Assembly: GCA_030696105.1 (NCBI GenBank)
Contig: JAUYNJ010000002.1
Span: 3,764 to 67,763, forward strand
Source: a bacterium
GTDB lineage: Bacteria; Patescibacteriota; Patescibacteriia; Patescibacteriales; UBA12465
Length of the DNA stretch: 64,000 nucleotides
Direction of reading: 5' to 3'
The position numbers and the translations under genes are program-made. Shown here in pieces: positions 17,377-26,653 of the stretch (position 1 is its first letter; the number at the start of each line of letters is the position of its first letter). The notes beneath the pieces are model-generated. The model saw only the letters and a list, made by a program, of their open reading frames with translations, made no database searches and was not told where the DNA came from.

Positions 17377-18496
17377 GTGCTATCAATAACTTGTATAAAC
17401 ATATGGGATTTGAAAATTCTTCATTTTTATCAGCCAATGAGCCAAGAATTAAGTCAAAAAATACCGAAGACAAAATATCTAAAAAAAATTTTAGAAAAAA
17501 TTCGACAGAAATCTAGCTCAGTCGCAAAGGGTCTTATTTTAGTTGGTGGTCTATCTGTCTCAAGTTGTAAAATGGATAAATATTCTCCTGGAGCAGAGCC
17601 TGATCGGCAACCAACAGAATTAGCACTTTACTTTAGTGAAAAAAGACTGTCAGAGAAAGATTATTTTCTACTTTGTGAGAGTAATGCTGAAAAAGCTTTT
17701 GTGACAGCGCCTCTTTATGCTAGTATGCCCTGGCTAGGAGATGCTTTAAAATTGGCCGCAGAAAAAGAACCCGAAACCGCTTTAGTCTACGGCGCTCGCT
17801 ACAGCGATGTTTCAGAATATAATGAAATTATTGCTCTTGTTATCAATGCGCTTGATGAGCAAGAAAAGAAAATGATTGCTAATGGAGATGAGTATATTAT
17901 CAAAACACGGTATATTTTAATGGAAAATATTGACGCCTGGATAAATACGCCTAGTGCTCACAAAATTTTAGTAGACAATGCGGATGACAAGTATTTTTTT
18001 GTGCCAAATTTTAAAAAATATCCCAATCTAGAGAGGGTTATGAAATGGGATAGAAAATACTAGAAACAGGCGCTAAATCCTTTCCATCTCTAATACTAGA
18101 GAATGTCAATCAATTCTTATCTGAATCTTGGAGCGAAGAAATAATTAGGAAAACGGCCCTTGAGGACCCTAATACTTTTTTTAGAATCATTCTTTCTGAA
18201 TCTGAAAAAGGTTTCACAAATAATCTAATTATAAAAAATTTATTAGTTGAGATAGCTCATTTAAGGCCTGACGCCGCTATCATCGCCGGTGCCTTTAATG
18301 AAGAGTGGGCGGTACAGCTATCTGATTGTACGGAGACGGAAAAGGGAAAATTTTTTTAGAATTATTAGAAAGGAGTGGGCATAAAGATTTAAAAGCTTTA
18401 CCAGAAATTAGAAACAAAATTTTTAGCGGGGAAATTGGTTACTCTGATGCTAAAAAAATAAGTTTAATGATCGATAAGATATCATCGGCCGTCTGA
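17377..18496 (+). pseudogene. Lipoprotein gene interrupted by two homopolymer frameshifts
   Basis: ORF 17377..18063 has a lipobox-like signal (LILVGGLSVSSC). Translation continues in another frame from 18054 (KILETGAKSF...GKFF*) and in a third from about 18359 (ELLERSGHKDL...SSAV*). Adding one A to the A4 run at 18054..18057 and one T to the T7 run at 18351..18357 restores a single ~370-codon frame. Confidence 0.45.
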
Positions 18497-18556
18497 AAAA
18501 AATGAAGTAGAGGTCACAAAGGAGGCGGGCGGAGCTAAATGTAACAATGAACATTG

Positions 18557-19201
18557 TTATTTTCCCCAAGTTAGTTCTCCGCTAGCCAGAGCTGCTTCGT
18601 GGGAGGCACAAAGCGGCCACGGTTTCCGTAAGACTTCCTCGGAATCGAAAATAAATATAAGACAATTTTCAGAAAGGATTTGGTGATAATTATTCGTTAG
18701 AACGTAATCGAAATACTTCCACAAAATCTGCGGATAGACAGACCATGGCTTTGTTAATGTTTCGACTCGATAATGTAATACTCGGAGTTTTGCTTTTTCT
18801 CCATTGCATAAATTACCAGATTGAAATTCACGTAAGCCAGTGTCAGTTGGTATTTGAAGTAGCTCGGTATTTTCATTTATTAATTCAAGGGTGCCTCCGG
18901 CCGCATCAAAATATGAGGTTAACAAACTATCATCAATACTGGTAGATACGCCATCGGTAATAATTACGCCAGGTTGACTCCGCGCAAACAAGCCATCTCT
19001 TTTTGCGGCTAGTGATGCTGTGTTTGCTTTCATAATAATCTCTTCACCGCAAGCAAATATTCTGTAGTCAGTTTTCGATAGAATTCGTCTTGCTTTAGAA
19101 GAATGATTACTATTTTTTATAATTAGAAAAACAGGTAGCAGTATAAATATTATGATACCTATAATACCAAATTTAAAGATGTATCTCCTTTTAAATATCA
19201 T
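18557..19201 (-). CDS. Membrane-anchored hypothetical protein (candidate immunity partner of the upstream ORF)
   Basis: 214-aa ORF. N-terminal anchor helix (FKFGIIGIIIFILLPVFLII) followed by a soluble domain. It starts 2 nt after the stop of 19204..20100. Confidence 0.5.
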   Translation of the reverse strand: MIFKRRYIFKFGIIGIIIFILLPVFLIIKNSNHSSKARRILSKTDYRIFACGEEIIMKANTASLAAKRDGLFARSQPGVIITDGVSTSIDDSLLTSYFDAAGGTLELINENTELLQIPTDTGLREFQSGNLCNGEKAKLRVLHYRVETLTKPWSVYPQILWKYFDYVLTNNYHQILSENCLIFIFDSEEVLRKPWPLCASHEAALASGELTWGK

Positions 19202-19203
19202 AA

Positions 19204-20100
19204 TTAATCTATAACCTCAAGCACTCCTACACTTATAAAGTCTCCTTTGCGCGCTTTGATTAATTTATCATATATTTCATTCCATTTTTTAGTTTCAGTA
19301 ATCGTAATACAACCTAAAGAACGGCTGCCTGTATGTAGATACCTCTCTCCTTCGTGTCCAATTCTGAACCAAGTCTTTGCTCGAGATGAGATGTTGAGAT
19401 AATACTGCCCTCCTGAATGAGGGTAATCTGGCAATTCAATATCGTACCATCCTTTTTTCAGTGGTGATTCCTGATGATCCGTGGCCGCATACTCCTCCTT
19501 ATCGATAATTAGCTTCTTCTTGGAAACAGAATACTGAAGATATGCAAAAGGACTATGCTTAGCGTCCGTTAATAGTCGTGAATTATTGTTGTTTTCATTA
19601 TCTAGATGGACAGAGGCCGTTTGATCTTTATATGGACCTTCTAATATAGTAAAATATTCCCGCCCTGTTTCGATATACTCAGATTTCACTTTTAGAAAAG
19701 CAGGAAGGGATGTTGTAGTTCCATCTGTCATTTTTACTTTTAGCCAGCCATTATCAACGTCGGGTATATATTTCATCGACTCAGCGACCAACGCTTTGAT
19801 AGTGATTTCAAATTTAGCAACCGACTTACCCCAATTTTTCCAAAACCGTTTTTCCCGGAGTTCAATCATGTAAATATATCTTTGAGCATTAATATTATTA
19901 GTATCAACTTTAATCACTTTCTCGATATTATTTGTATCATTAAAAAGAGCATCCTTTTCGGTGATAGTAATTTTTGCTTTGACTGAAAAAAATTTTTGAT
20001 CGGTCGGGAAGCTTCCAATTTCTTCTGCAAGTTCAATCGTTTTGCCGACTTTAATTCTCCTATAAATTTGTAAATTTTTATCAAGTATTTCAATGTTCAC
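19204..20100 (-). CDS. Hypothetical protein with a C-terminal Tlde1/DUF2778-like (L,D-transpeptidase-fold) domain
   Basis: 298-aa ORF. The C-terminal ~90 aa contains KGWYDIELP...WFRIGHEGERYLHTGSRSLGCITITE. This matches the remembered H-x(n)-S-x-G-C-I pattern of DUF2778/YkuD-like catalytic sites. There is no signal peptide. The assignment is from memory of the family motif only. Confidence 0.4.
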   Translation of the reverse strand: MNIEILDKNLQIYRRIKVGKTIELAEEIGSFPTDQKFFSVKAKITITEKDALFNDTNNIEKVIKVDTNNINAQRYIYMIELREKRFWKNWGKSVAKFEITIKALVAESMKYIPDVDNGWLKVKMTDGTTTSLPAFLKVKSEYIETGREYFTILEGPYKDQTASVHLDNENNNNSRLLTDAKHSPFAYLQYSVSKKKLIIDKEEYAATDHQESPLKKGWYDIELPDYPHSGGQYYLNISSRAKTWFRIGHEGERYLHTGSRSLGCITITETKKWNEIYDKLIKARKGDFISVGVLEVID

Positions 20101-20188
20101 ATGAATATTTTCACCAATGGATTTGCCGTTATATTTAATTTTTTGTTAACTTAAATTGAACTTTTTTAAACATAGAATTTAAAACCAT

Positions 20189-20668
20189 CTAAATTTGTAA
20201 TATGTTTTGACCGGCTAAGAGTGAATGCAATTCTTTAACTTTTCGCAACAAGACCCCAGCATCTGTATAGGCCTGTCTTAATTCTGTTTCAGAAATTCCC
20301 ATAAAATCTCCATATTCAATCCTGTTTCTTTTCTTTCGCATCTGCTGAAATCTGTGAAATTCATTACTTAGTTGTCCATCGAGTAAGATGGCGGCGGCAT
20401 TGATTACAATATAATGATGTCCCTCTCCGCTTGTTCTTGCTCTGTAACCATTAATTAATAATATCGCCTCACAATTTAATCTAATAGAGTCGTAAATGTT
20501 GCTATAAACAATGTCTTCATCGCCCATACCTAGCCCTGATAAGTTCTTGTATGCGAAGTTAAATAACCTGTCTGCTTTTTCAATTTTCATTTCAATTGCT
20601 TGAAGATTCAAGGGGAAGGGTTCAATTATTTTGTTTTCAATTAATGTTTTAAATTCCTGTGTAAGCAT
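20189..20668 (-). CDS. HEPN domain protein (toxin-like partner of the MNT gene)
   Basis: 159-aa ORF. All-helical, with an MRKKRNRIEYG motif typical of HEPN (R..RN...Y). It overlaps the upstream nucleotidyltransferase gene by 20 nt. Confidence 0.7.
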   Translation of the reverse strand: MLTQEFKTLIENKIIEPFPLNLQAIEMKIEKADRLFNFAYKNLSGLGMGDEDIVYSNIYDSIRLNCEAILLINGYRARTSGEGHHYIVINAAAILLDGQLSNEFHRFQQMRKKRNRIEYGDFMGISETELRQAYTDAGVLLRKVKELHSLLAGQNILQI

Positions 20669-21221
20669 ATGGATTACCTTTTAGTACAATAATAGGCGAT
20701 GAAAAAATATTGGACAAAAAATTGTTATTTTCCTTCATTTTTTTGTGAACTTCCAGACTGCTGTAAATGTGATAATTTATTTCTCGCGCAATTTTCCCCT
20801 CCATTAAACTAAGGGCGCTGGTTAATGAATCTTGATTTACATCTCCAATCAACATTAAATCAACGTCACTATTACTGTTTTCGGTTCCCTTAGCTATTGA
20901 CCCAAATATAAATGCGCATTCAACTTTATCAAGTTTATCGATCAGGCTTTTCAATTCGTTTTCTAATCCAATCGTTTTTGAAACTATGCTTTTAATTTCT
21001 TCATAAAGTTGGTGCTCTTTATTTAAGCGAAAGAAACGCATTTTGCCTCGGCGCTCATCTAATAGTATGCCGTCATGTACAAGGTTATCTAAATATTTTT
21101 GATAGTGACTTGGCTCTTTCTGGAGAATACTTGCGATTTCTCTGAAATAATATTCTTTTTCCGGATCTCTCAAAAAGAGCTTAAGAATCTCTCCTCCCCC
21201 ACTTTTCAAAAAATTAAGCAT
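20649..21221 (-). CDS. Nucleotidyltransferase (MNT-type) with N-terminal winged-helix domain
   Basis: 190-aa ORF. NTase motif FIFGSIAKGTENSNSDVDLMLIG (GS-x9-12-D-x-D). The N-terminus is wHTH-like (YFREIASILQKEPSHYQKYLDNLVHDGIL). Confidence 0.8.
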   Translation of the reverse strand: MLNFLKSGGGEILKLFLRDPEKEYYFREIASILQKEPSHYQKYLDNLVHDGILLDERRGKMRFFRLNKEHQLYEEIKSIVSKTIGLENELKSLIDKLDKVECAFIFGSIAKGTENSNSDVDLMLIGDVNQDSLTSALSLMEGKIAREINYHIYSSLEVHKKMKENNNFLSNIFSSPIIVLKGNPYAYTGI

Positions 21222-21267
21222 ATTTTACTTTTGTTTAGTTATTCTTATTTAGTATTATACACGTTTT

Positions 21268-21283
21268 ATGTACAATTGTACAT
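21268..21283. promoter_or_regulatory. 16-bp perfect palindrome upstream of the MNT/HEPN operon (candidate operator)
   Basis: ATGTACAATTGTACAT, 47 nt upstream of the start codon at 21221. Confidence 0.45.
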
Positions 21284-21349
21284 ATATTATGTAGTGTATT
21301 TAATGATAGCAAAATTTATTAACTTATCTTGCATCATAGACATAAATAT

Positions 21350-21370
21350 AAAGGCGCTGTAGCGCCTTTT
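21350..21370 (-). terminator. Terminator hairpin after the mug-like gene
   Basis: AAAGGCGCT gt AGCGCCTTTT. Confidence 0.6.
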
Positions 21371-21382
21371 ATTAACTATTGT

Positions 21383-21982
21383 TTACCCTTTCCCAAGCTT
21401 CATTAAATCTGCCCAGTAATGTTTATTTGTGGTCCACCATCGTGAAGCTGAGGGAGATGTAGAGGGGAGGACGTAGAGCCGAGTGTCACCAATATCATGG
21501 TTACTTGATTGCAAGCCATAGTCAATTTTATCAACTCCTAAGTATAGTTTCGCTGCCTGCTTACCATTGAAGGCGAGATATTTCGGTTGCCAGCGAATAA
21601 TGAAGAGCATGAGGCGATAGCGTGCTTGCTTAATGATTGCACGCTCGAGGTTTAACTCATCGTCATTGCCGCACTGACCGATTATGAAATCGGTAATACC
21701 TACTTGCCGACGTAAAATATAATCTTTATTGTCCGCTTGTTTGTGCGCATCTTTGCTGGGGAGTATTGGCTTATTCAAAAAGCCAGTTTCATACAAAGTA
21801 GACCAAAAACGATTTCCAGGATGCGCGTAATGGTGGCCAATGGTCGTTGACTGATTGCCTGGTGCTAGCCCGCAGAAAACCACTTGCAGGCCTTTCTCGA
21901 CAATGTCGGGCAGGCATTTAGCTTCAGGAATGATTATTTTTGAATCTAACATATACAAAAAACCCGCCAAAAGACGGGACAA
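21383..21982 (-). CDS. mug: G/U mismatch-specific uracil-DNA glycosylase (Mug/TDG family)
   Basis: 199-aa ORF. VVFCGLAPGNQSTTIGHHYAHPGNRFWSTLYETGF aligns with the E. coli Mug motif VVFCGINPG...FAHPANRFW. It also has the VLPSTSPSAS motif. Confidence 0.8.
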   Translation of the reverse strand: MSRLLAGFLYMLDSKIIIPEAKCLPDIVEKGLQVVFCGLAPGNQSTTIGHHYAHPGNRFWSTLYETGFLNKPILPSKDAHKQADNKDYILRRQVGITDFIIGQCGNDDELNLERAIIKQARYRLMLFIIRWQPKYLAFNGKQAAKLYLGVDKIDYGLQSSNHDIGDTRLYVLPSTSPSASRWWTTNKHYWADLMKLGKG

Positions 21983-22146
21983 AATTATTGCGCGTGAAGT
22001 TTATTGAGTTTGCCGACACAGAAGTCGGAATCGTTTATAATAAACCACATATATTTTTACTGTATTTTTCATTATACCATAAGGGTGAAGAAAGTAAAAA
22101 AATGAGCCCTTATTGTAAAAGGGCTCGGGTAATCGTTTATATGTAC

Positions 22147-22839
22147 CTATTGTGCCGCCCTCAACCAAGTGTTGAGGTGAATGAAGGCAACAAAGTTTTT
22201 TTCTTGCTCGGCAGCAGATCTAGCGCCGCTTGAACTAAAAGTTCGATACGGTCCTCCGCTCTGGTTATTAGTCCAGTGTAAAGACTGCGCATTATCTTCA
22301 ACTTTTATGTTAAAGGAGTTTGGCAAGATAAAGATCTTCGGCTCAGTTTTGGAGCGATACCAATCGCGATAAAACTGAGATGACTCATCACGAACGTAAT
22401 GGTTCAACCTAAGAACTTGTTGCTCATCTAGGTCAGTCATTTTTTGAACAAACCAAGGGAAGAGTTTACCAGATAAATCATTGCCACTGCTTGTTTGCAG
22501 AGTAAATGATTGGTCAGGGAATAGCAAGTTACAATCAAAACTTTCAATATTGATAAAGTGTTGAACCGCATGAGATAACAGATCATAAGTGCCTATGATT
22601 TGCTTTACAGTTTCGCGACAACCCCTATCAATAGGGTTTGTCGTGTAATAATTGAAATCATCATCTTCTCCGCACTTGCTGAAGCAAGCGCCAAGACCAA
22701 ATTTATGACCAAAGAAAAAGGAGTGTTTAAGTGATGATCTCAGGTGCTCTTCTCTTATGATTAAGGATTGATTTTCGAGAATTATTTTTGAAACTCTCAA
22801 TCGAAAAGCATTGTGTCGTAAGGTTAAATCCAGCGCCAT
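22147..22839 (-). CDS. Hypothetical protein
   Basis: 230-aa ORF. No motif recognised. Confidence 0.5.
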   Translation of the reverse strand: MALDLTLRHNAFRLRVSKIILENQSLIIREEHLRSSLKHSFFFGHKFGLGACFSKCGEDDDFNYYTTNPIDRGCRETVKQIIGTYDLLSHAVQHFINIESFDCNLLFPDQSFTLQTSSGNDLSGKLFPWFVQKMTDLDEQQVLRLNHYVRDESSQFYRDWYRSKTEPKIFILPNSFNIKVEDNAQSLHWTNNQSGGPYRTFSSSGARSAAEQEKNFVAFIHLNTWLRAAQ

Positions 22840-22980
22840 GGTTGCTACTTTTTTAAAATGAACAATTTATTTATCAGCTTCACCTTAACGTATTTTTCTT
22901 AATATTGCAAATCGGAGAGCTCTGCCAAAATGAAGCCGAAAAGTCATCTAAAATAGCTTCTTTTGTGCTATAATAAGCCT

Positions 22981-24018
22981 ATGCGTTATAAATTTTATAC
23001 AACCTCTAGCAAGGCCTGGGATGGTATATATCAGGCAATTGAAGCCGCTCAAAAAACAATATTTATTGAGATGTATATTTTTTTGGCGGACACCGGAAAT
23101 ACTCACGATTTTTTGGGAAAGCTTGCTGAGAAGGCACGGCAGGGTGTTTCCGTAATCGTTATTGCTGACGCCTATGGAAGCTTGGGGCTGAAATCAGCGA
23201 CGGTGGCTGAGTTAAAAGCGGCCGGTGGTGAGTTTATGTATTTTTCGCATTGGCTCACGCGGATGCATCGTAAATTAGTTATTATTGACGAAAAAATTGC
23301 TTTTCTTGGCGGCGTTAACATTGAAAATAAAATAAGGTATTGGAATGATTTGCAGATAAGATTAAAGGGTAGTGTCGTTAAACCATTGCTACGCTCGTTT
23401 GCTCATACCTATCGCAAAAGTGGCGGGAAGAATCAGGACGTTCTCGCCTACAGTCGCGGTCATTTAGTGAAGAAATTTAAGTCATGGATTGTCGATAATT
23501 GGGACAGTGATGATAAGGAATATAATTTAAAAAAGTATTATAAGTCAAAGCTCGAGCAAGCAGCAACAAGCATTCGAATTGTTACGCCATATCTTCTGCC
23601 GCCAAGATGGCTGATGGTTGCGCTTGATAACGCGGTTAGACGGGGAGTGCAAGTTGATATTATTATTCCCGAAGATACTGACATAAAAGCCTTAAACAAA
23701 ATTAATTACATTAATGCTTGCCGCTTAGCAGCCGTTGGGGTAAATTTTCATTTCACGCCGTCAATGAATCACGCGAAGGTCATGATTATTGATGGCAAGG
23801 AGGCGCTTGTAGGCTCGCAAAATCTCGACATTCTATCATTTGGTATGAATCTTGAGATTGGCGTTTTTTTTGAGCAGAAGGAAGCTGTTGCGGGAATCGA
23901 AAGAATTATTAATCAATGGCAATCAGCCTCTCGCCGACCTGATTTAAGTTTTCGTAAAGTAAGCTGGGGCATGCGGCTATTAATGTTTCTATTTCGTTTC
24001 TTTTTTCCGATTCTGTAA
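22981..24018 (+). CDS. Phospholipase D-family protein (cardiolipin synthase-like, two HKD motifs)
   Basis: HKD motifs MHRKLVIIDEKIAFLGGVNI and NHAKVMIIDGKEALVGSQNL, with a hydrophobic C-terminus. The ORF track starts at a TTG at 22963. The ATG at 22981 follows a TATAAT box at 22969..22974 and is the more likely start. Confidence 0.8.
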   Translation: MRYKFYTTSSKAWDGIYQAIEAAQKTIFIEMYIFLADTGNTHDFLGKLAEKARQGVSVIVIADAYGSLGLKSATVAELKAAGGEFMYFSHWLTRMHRKLVIIDEKIAFLGGVNIENKIRYWNDLQIRLKGSVVKPLLRSFAHTYRKSGGKNQDVLAYSRGHLVKKFKSWIVDNWDSDDKEYNLKKYYKSKLEQAATSIRIVTPYLLPPRWLMVALDNAVRRGVQVDIIIPEDTDIKALNKINYINACRLAAVGVNFHFTPSMNHAKVMIIDGKEALVGSQNLDILSFGMNLEIGVFFEQKEAVAGIERIINQWQSASRRPDLSFRKVSWGMRLLMFLFRFFFPIL

Positions 24019-24120
24019 TACAATACTAGTATAAAAAAGGGGGCTTTTCGGCTCTCTTGTTTTTTTGGGATTAAGCCTGTATAATGTACAAGATTTGAAA
24101 AATATATTATTTCTGACCAC

Positions 24121-26586
24121 ATGCCTGAAAATTTTATCAAGATCCGCGGAGCGCGTACTCACAATCTTAAAAATATTAGCCTTGACCTCCCTCGCAACGA
24201 ATTGATAGTCGTTACTGGTCTATCGGGCTCTGGAAAATCCTCACTAGCCTTCGACACTATTTACGCTGAAGGGCAAAGACGTTACGTTGAATCTTTATCT
24301 GCTTACTCCCGTCAATTCGTGGGCTTAATGGATAAGGCTGATTTTGATTTGATTGAAGGTCTTTCTCCTGCCATCGCTATTGATCAGCGTACGGTCGGTA
24401 ATAATCCGCGTTCTACCGTCGGCACAATTACTGAAATTTATGATTATCTCCGCCTGCTATTTGCGCGCGTCGGCTGGCCGTATTGTCCGCACTGTGATAA
24501 GCGCTTAAAGAAAACGGAAAAGAAAGGTAAGAATAAAAAGAAGAATGATAATCCTTATCCTTACGCCTGTCCTGAATGTAGCTTTGTATTACCTGACCTT
24601 GAGCCACGTCATTTTTCCTTCAACTCTAATTACGGCGCCTGTTTCCACTGCGGCGGACTGGGCACTCGTACTGAAATAGACCCTGAATTAGTTTTCAATT
24701 TGAAGTTAAGTTTACTGCAGGGCGCGATTAAACCTCTCTCACATGCAAATTTGACCCAGAACAGTGCTCTATTCACGCAACTGAAAGAATTGGGGGATAG
24801 GTATGACTTTTCCCTGGAGACGCCTTTAAGTAGCCTTGGCGCCGCTCAGCGCGCTGCGATTTTAAACGGTGACAAGCAATGGGCCGGTTTAAATGCTGAG
24901 CTCTTAACTCGTTATGAAGAGACAAAATCAAACTTTGTTAAGGCTGAAATTGAGAAATGCATGCGCTTAGCAATTTGTCCGGCTTGTGCTGGTGCGCGTT
25001 TGAAGCCCGAGTACTTAGCAGTGAAAATTAAAGGATATAATATTACTGATGTCAGCAGTAAAACGGTTGATGTTTTACGCCCATTGCTTTCAGAGTGGCT
25101 TAATAAAACTGCCTGGCCAGGAGCGACTACAATTGTCGAGCCCATCTTAAAAGAAGTTGTTAAGAATCTTGAATTCCTAGAGAAGGTCGGTTTATCCTAT
25201 CTAACACTTAACCGTACCGCGGCCAGTCTTTCTGGCGGTGAAGCACAGCGCATACGTCTAGCGGCACAAGTCGGTTCTACTTTAAGCGGAGTCTTGTACG
25301 TACTTGACGAGCCCTCAGTTGGTCTTCATCAGCGTGACAACGACAAGTTGATTGCAATGTTAAAAAGTCTGCGCGATAATGGTAATACTGTGATTGTAGT
25401 CGAGCATGACGCGGCGATGATGCAGGCGGCTGATTATTTAGTTGACGTCGGCCCTGGTGCCGGAGAACACGGTGGCAAAATTTTATTTGCCGGCCGACCG
25501 GAAGATATTAAAGATTGTAAGCAGTCATCAACCGGTGCTTATTTAAGTGGCGCAAAATCAATCGCCACTAAAACATCTTCCCGTTCTGGGAATGGGAAAA
25601 AGTTATCTGTCATCGGTGCAAGTGAACATAATTTAAAGAATATTGATGTTCATATTCCTTTGGGAAAACTGGTTGCTATCACTGGTGTTTCTGGTTCTGG
25701 AAAATCAACCTTAATGTCGGATATTCTTGCTAACGCTTTGAATAAAAAATTCTATCGCGCAAAACTCGATGTTGGCGCTCATAAAGAACTGCAGGGCTTA
25801 GAACACATCGATAAGGTTATTGATATTGATCAGTCACCGATTGGTAGAACGCCACGCTCTAATCCCGCAACTTACACTGGTCTGTATACTTATATTCGTG
25901 ATCTCTATGCTGAATTACCGGAAGCCCGCTTAAAGCGCTTAACCCCTGGCCATTTTTCTTTTAACGTCTCAGGTGGGCGCTGTGAGCACTGTTCTGGCGA
26001 TGGTGTCATTAAGGTTGAGATGCAATTTTTAAATGACGTCTATCTCACTTGTGAGGCTTGCCACGGTCACCGCTTCCAGCAGAAAATTTTAGATATCAAG
26101 TATAAGGATAAAAATATTTATGAGGTTTTAGGACTCACTGTTTCTGAGGCTTTAGATTTTTTTAAAGATCGGACAGCCTTAAAACAAAAGTTACTCACCT
26201 TAGAAGAAGTTGGGCTCGGATATATTCATCTTGGGCAATCAGCTACGACCTTCTCTGGCGGTGAAGCACAGCGCATAAAGCTGGCCTCTGAGCTTTCCCG
26301 TCGTGCGACGGGGCGCACTCTGTTTATTCTTGACGAGCCAACAACTGGACTGCACTTTGCTGACATTGATCGCTTGCTTAAGGTCTTAAATATGCTCGTT
26401 GATCAGGGTAATACCGTACTTATTATCGAACACAACCTCGATGTGATTAAGGCGGTTGATTGGGTTATTGACATGGGTCCCGAAGGCGGGGAGAAGGGTG
26501 GTCGCATTGTGGCCTCCGGTACACCCGCTGAAATTGTGAAGAGTAAAAATAGCATTACCGGCGAGTACTTAAAAGAATTATTCTAA
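24121..26586 (+). CDS. uvrA: Excinuclease ABC subunit A, short form lacking the UvrB-binding domain
   Basis: 821-aa ORF. Two ABC modules ([34 protein letters not shown]; [10 protein letters not shown]; LSGGEAQR twice) and zinc modules (CPHC...CPEC...CFHC; CEHC...CEAC). Only ~20 Lys-rich residues lie between the first two Cys pairs. Confidence 0.9.
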   Translation: MPENFIKIRGARTHNLKNISLDLPRNELIVVTGLSGSGKSSLAFDTIYAEGQRRYVESLSAYSRQFVGLMDKADFDLIEGLSPAIAIDQRTVGNNPRSTVGTITEIYDYLRLLFARVGWPYCPHCDKRLKKTEKKGKNKKKNDNPYPYACPECSFVLPDLEPRHFSFNSNYGACFHCGGLGTRTEIDPELVFNLKLSLLQGAIKPLSHANLTQNSALFTQLKELGDRYDFSLETPLSSLGAAQRAAILNGDKQWAGLNAELLTRYEETKSNFVKAEIEKCMRLAICPACAGARLKPEYLAVKIKGYNITDVSSKTVDVLRPLLSEWLNKTAWPGATTIVEPILKEVVKNLEFLEKVGLSYLTLNRTAASLSGGEAQRIRLAAQVGSTLSGVLYVLDEPSVGLHQRDNDKLIAMLKSLRDNGNTVIVVEHDAAMMQAADYLVDVGPGAGEHGGKILFAGRPEDIKDCKQSSTGAYLSGAKSIATKTSSRSGNGKKLSVIGASEHNLKNIDVHIPLGKLVAITGVSGSGKSTLMSDILANALNKKFYRAKLDVGAHKELQGLEHIDKVIDIDQSPIGRTPRSNPATYTGLYTYIRDLYAELPEARLKRLTPGHFSFNVSGGRCEHCSGDGVIKVEMQFLNDVYLTCEACHGHRFQQKILDIKYKDKNIYEVLGLTVSEALDFFKDRTALKQKLLTLEEVGLGYIHLGQSATTFSGGEAQRIKLASELSRRATGRTLFILDEPTTGLHFADIDRLLKVLNMLVDQGNTVLIIEHNLDVIKAVDWVIDMGPEGGEKGGRIVASGTPAEIVKSKNSITGEYLKELF

Positions 26587-26605
26587 GTTACGATATATAT
26601 TAAAA

Positions 26606-26632
26606 AAATCCCGCTATTCCAGCGGGATTTTT
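26606..26632. terminator. Bidirectional terminator hairpin after uvrA
   Basis: AAATCCCGCT attcc AGCGGGATTT followed by TT. Confidence 0.7.
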
Positions 26633-26653
26633 GTTTTCATTTTTAGGATCTTA

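Noticed and set aside
24019-24120. SOS/LexA box upstream of uvrA (CTGTATAATGTACAAG; ATACTAGTAT palindrome)
   Set aside because: It does not fit CTGT-N8-ACAG or the CGAAC-N4-GTTCG consensus. The TGTA..TACA dyad overlaps the -10 box and is too short to call.
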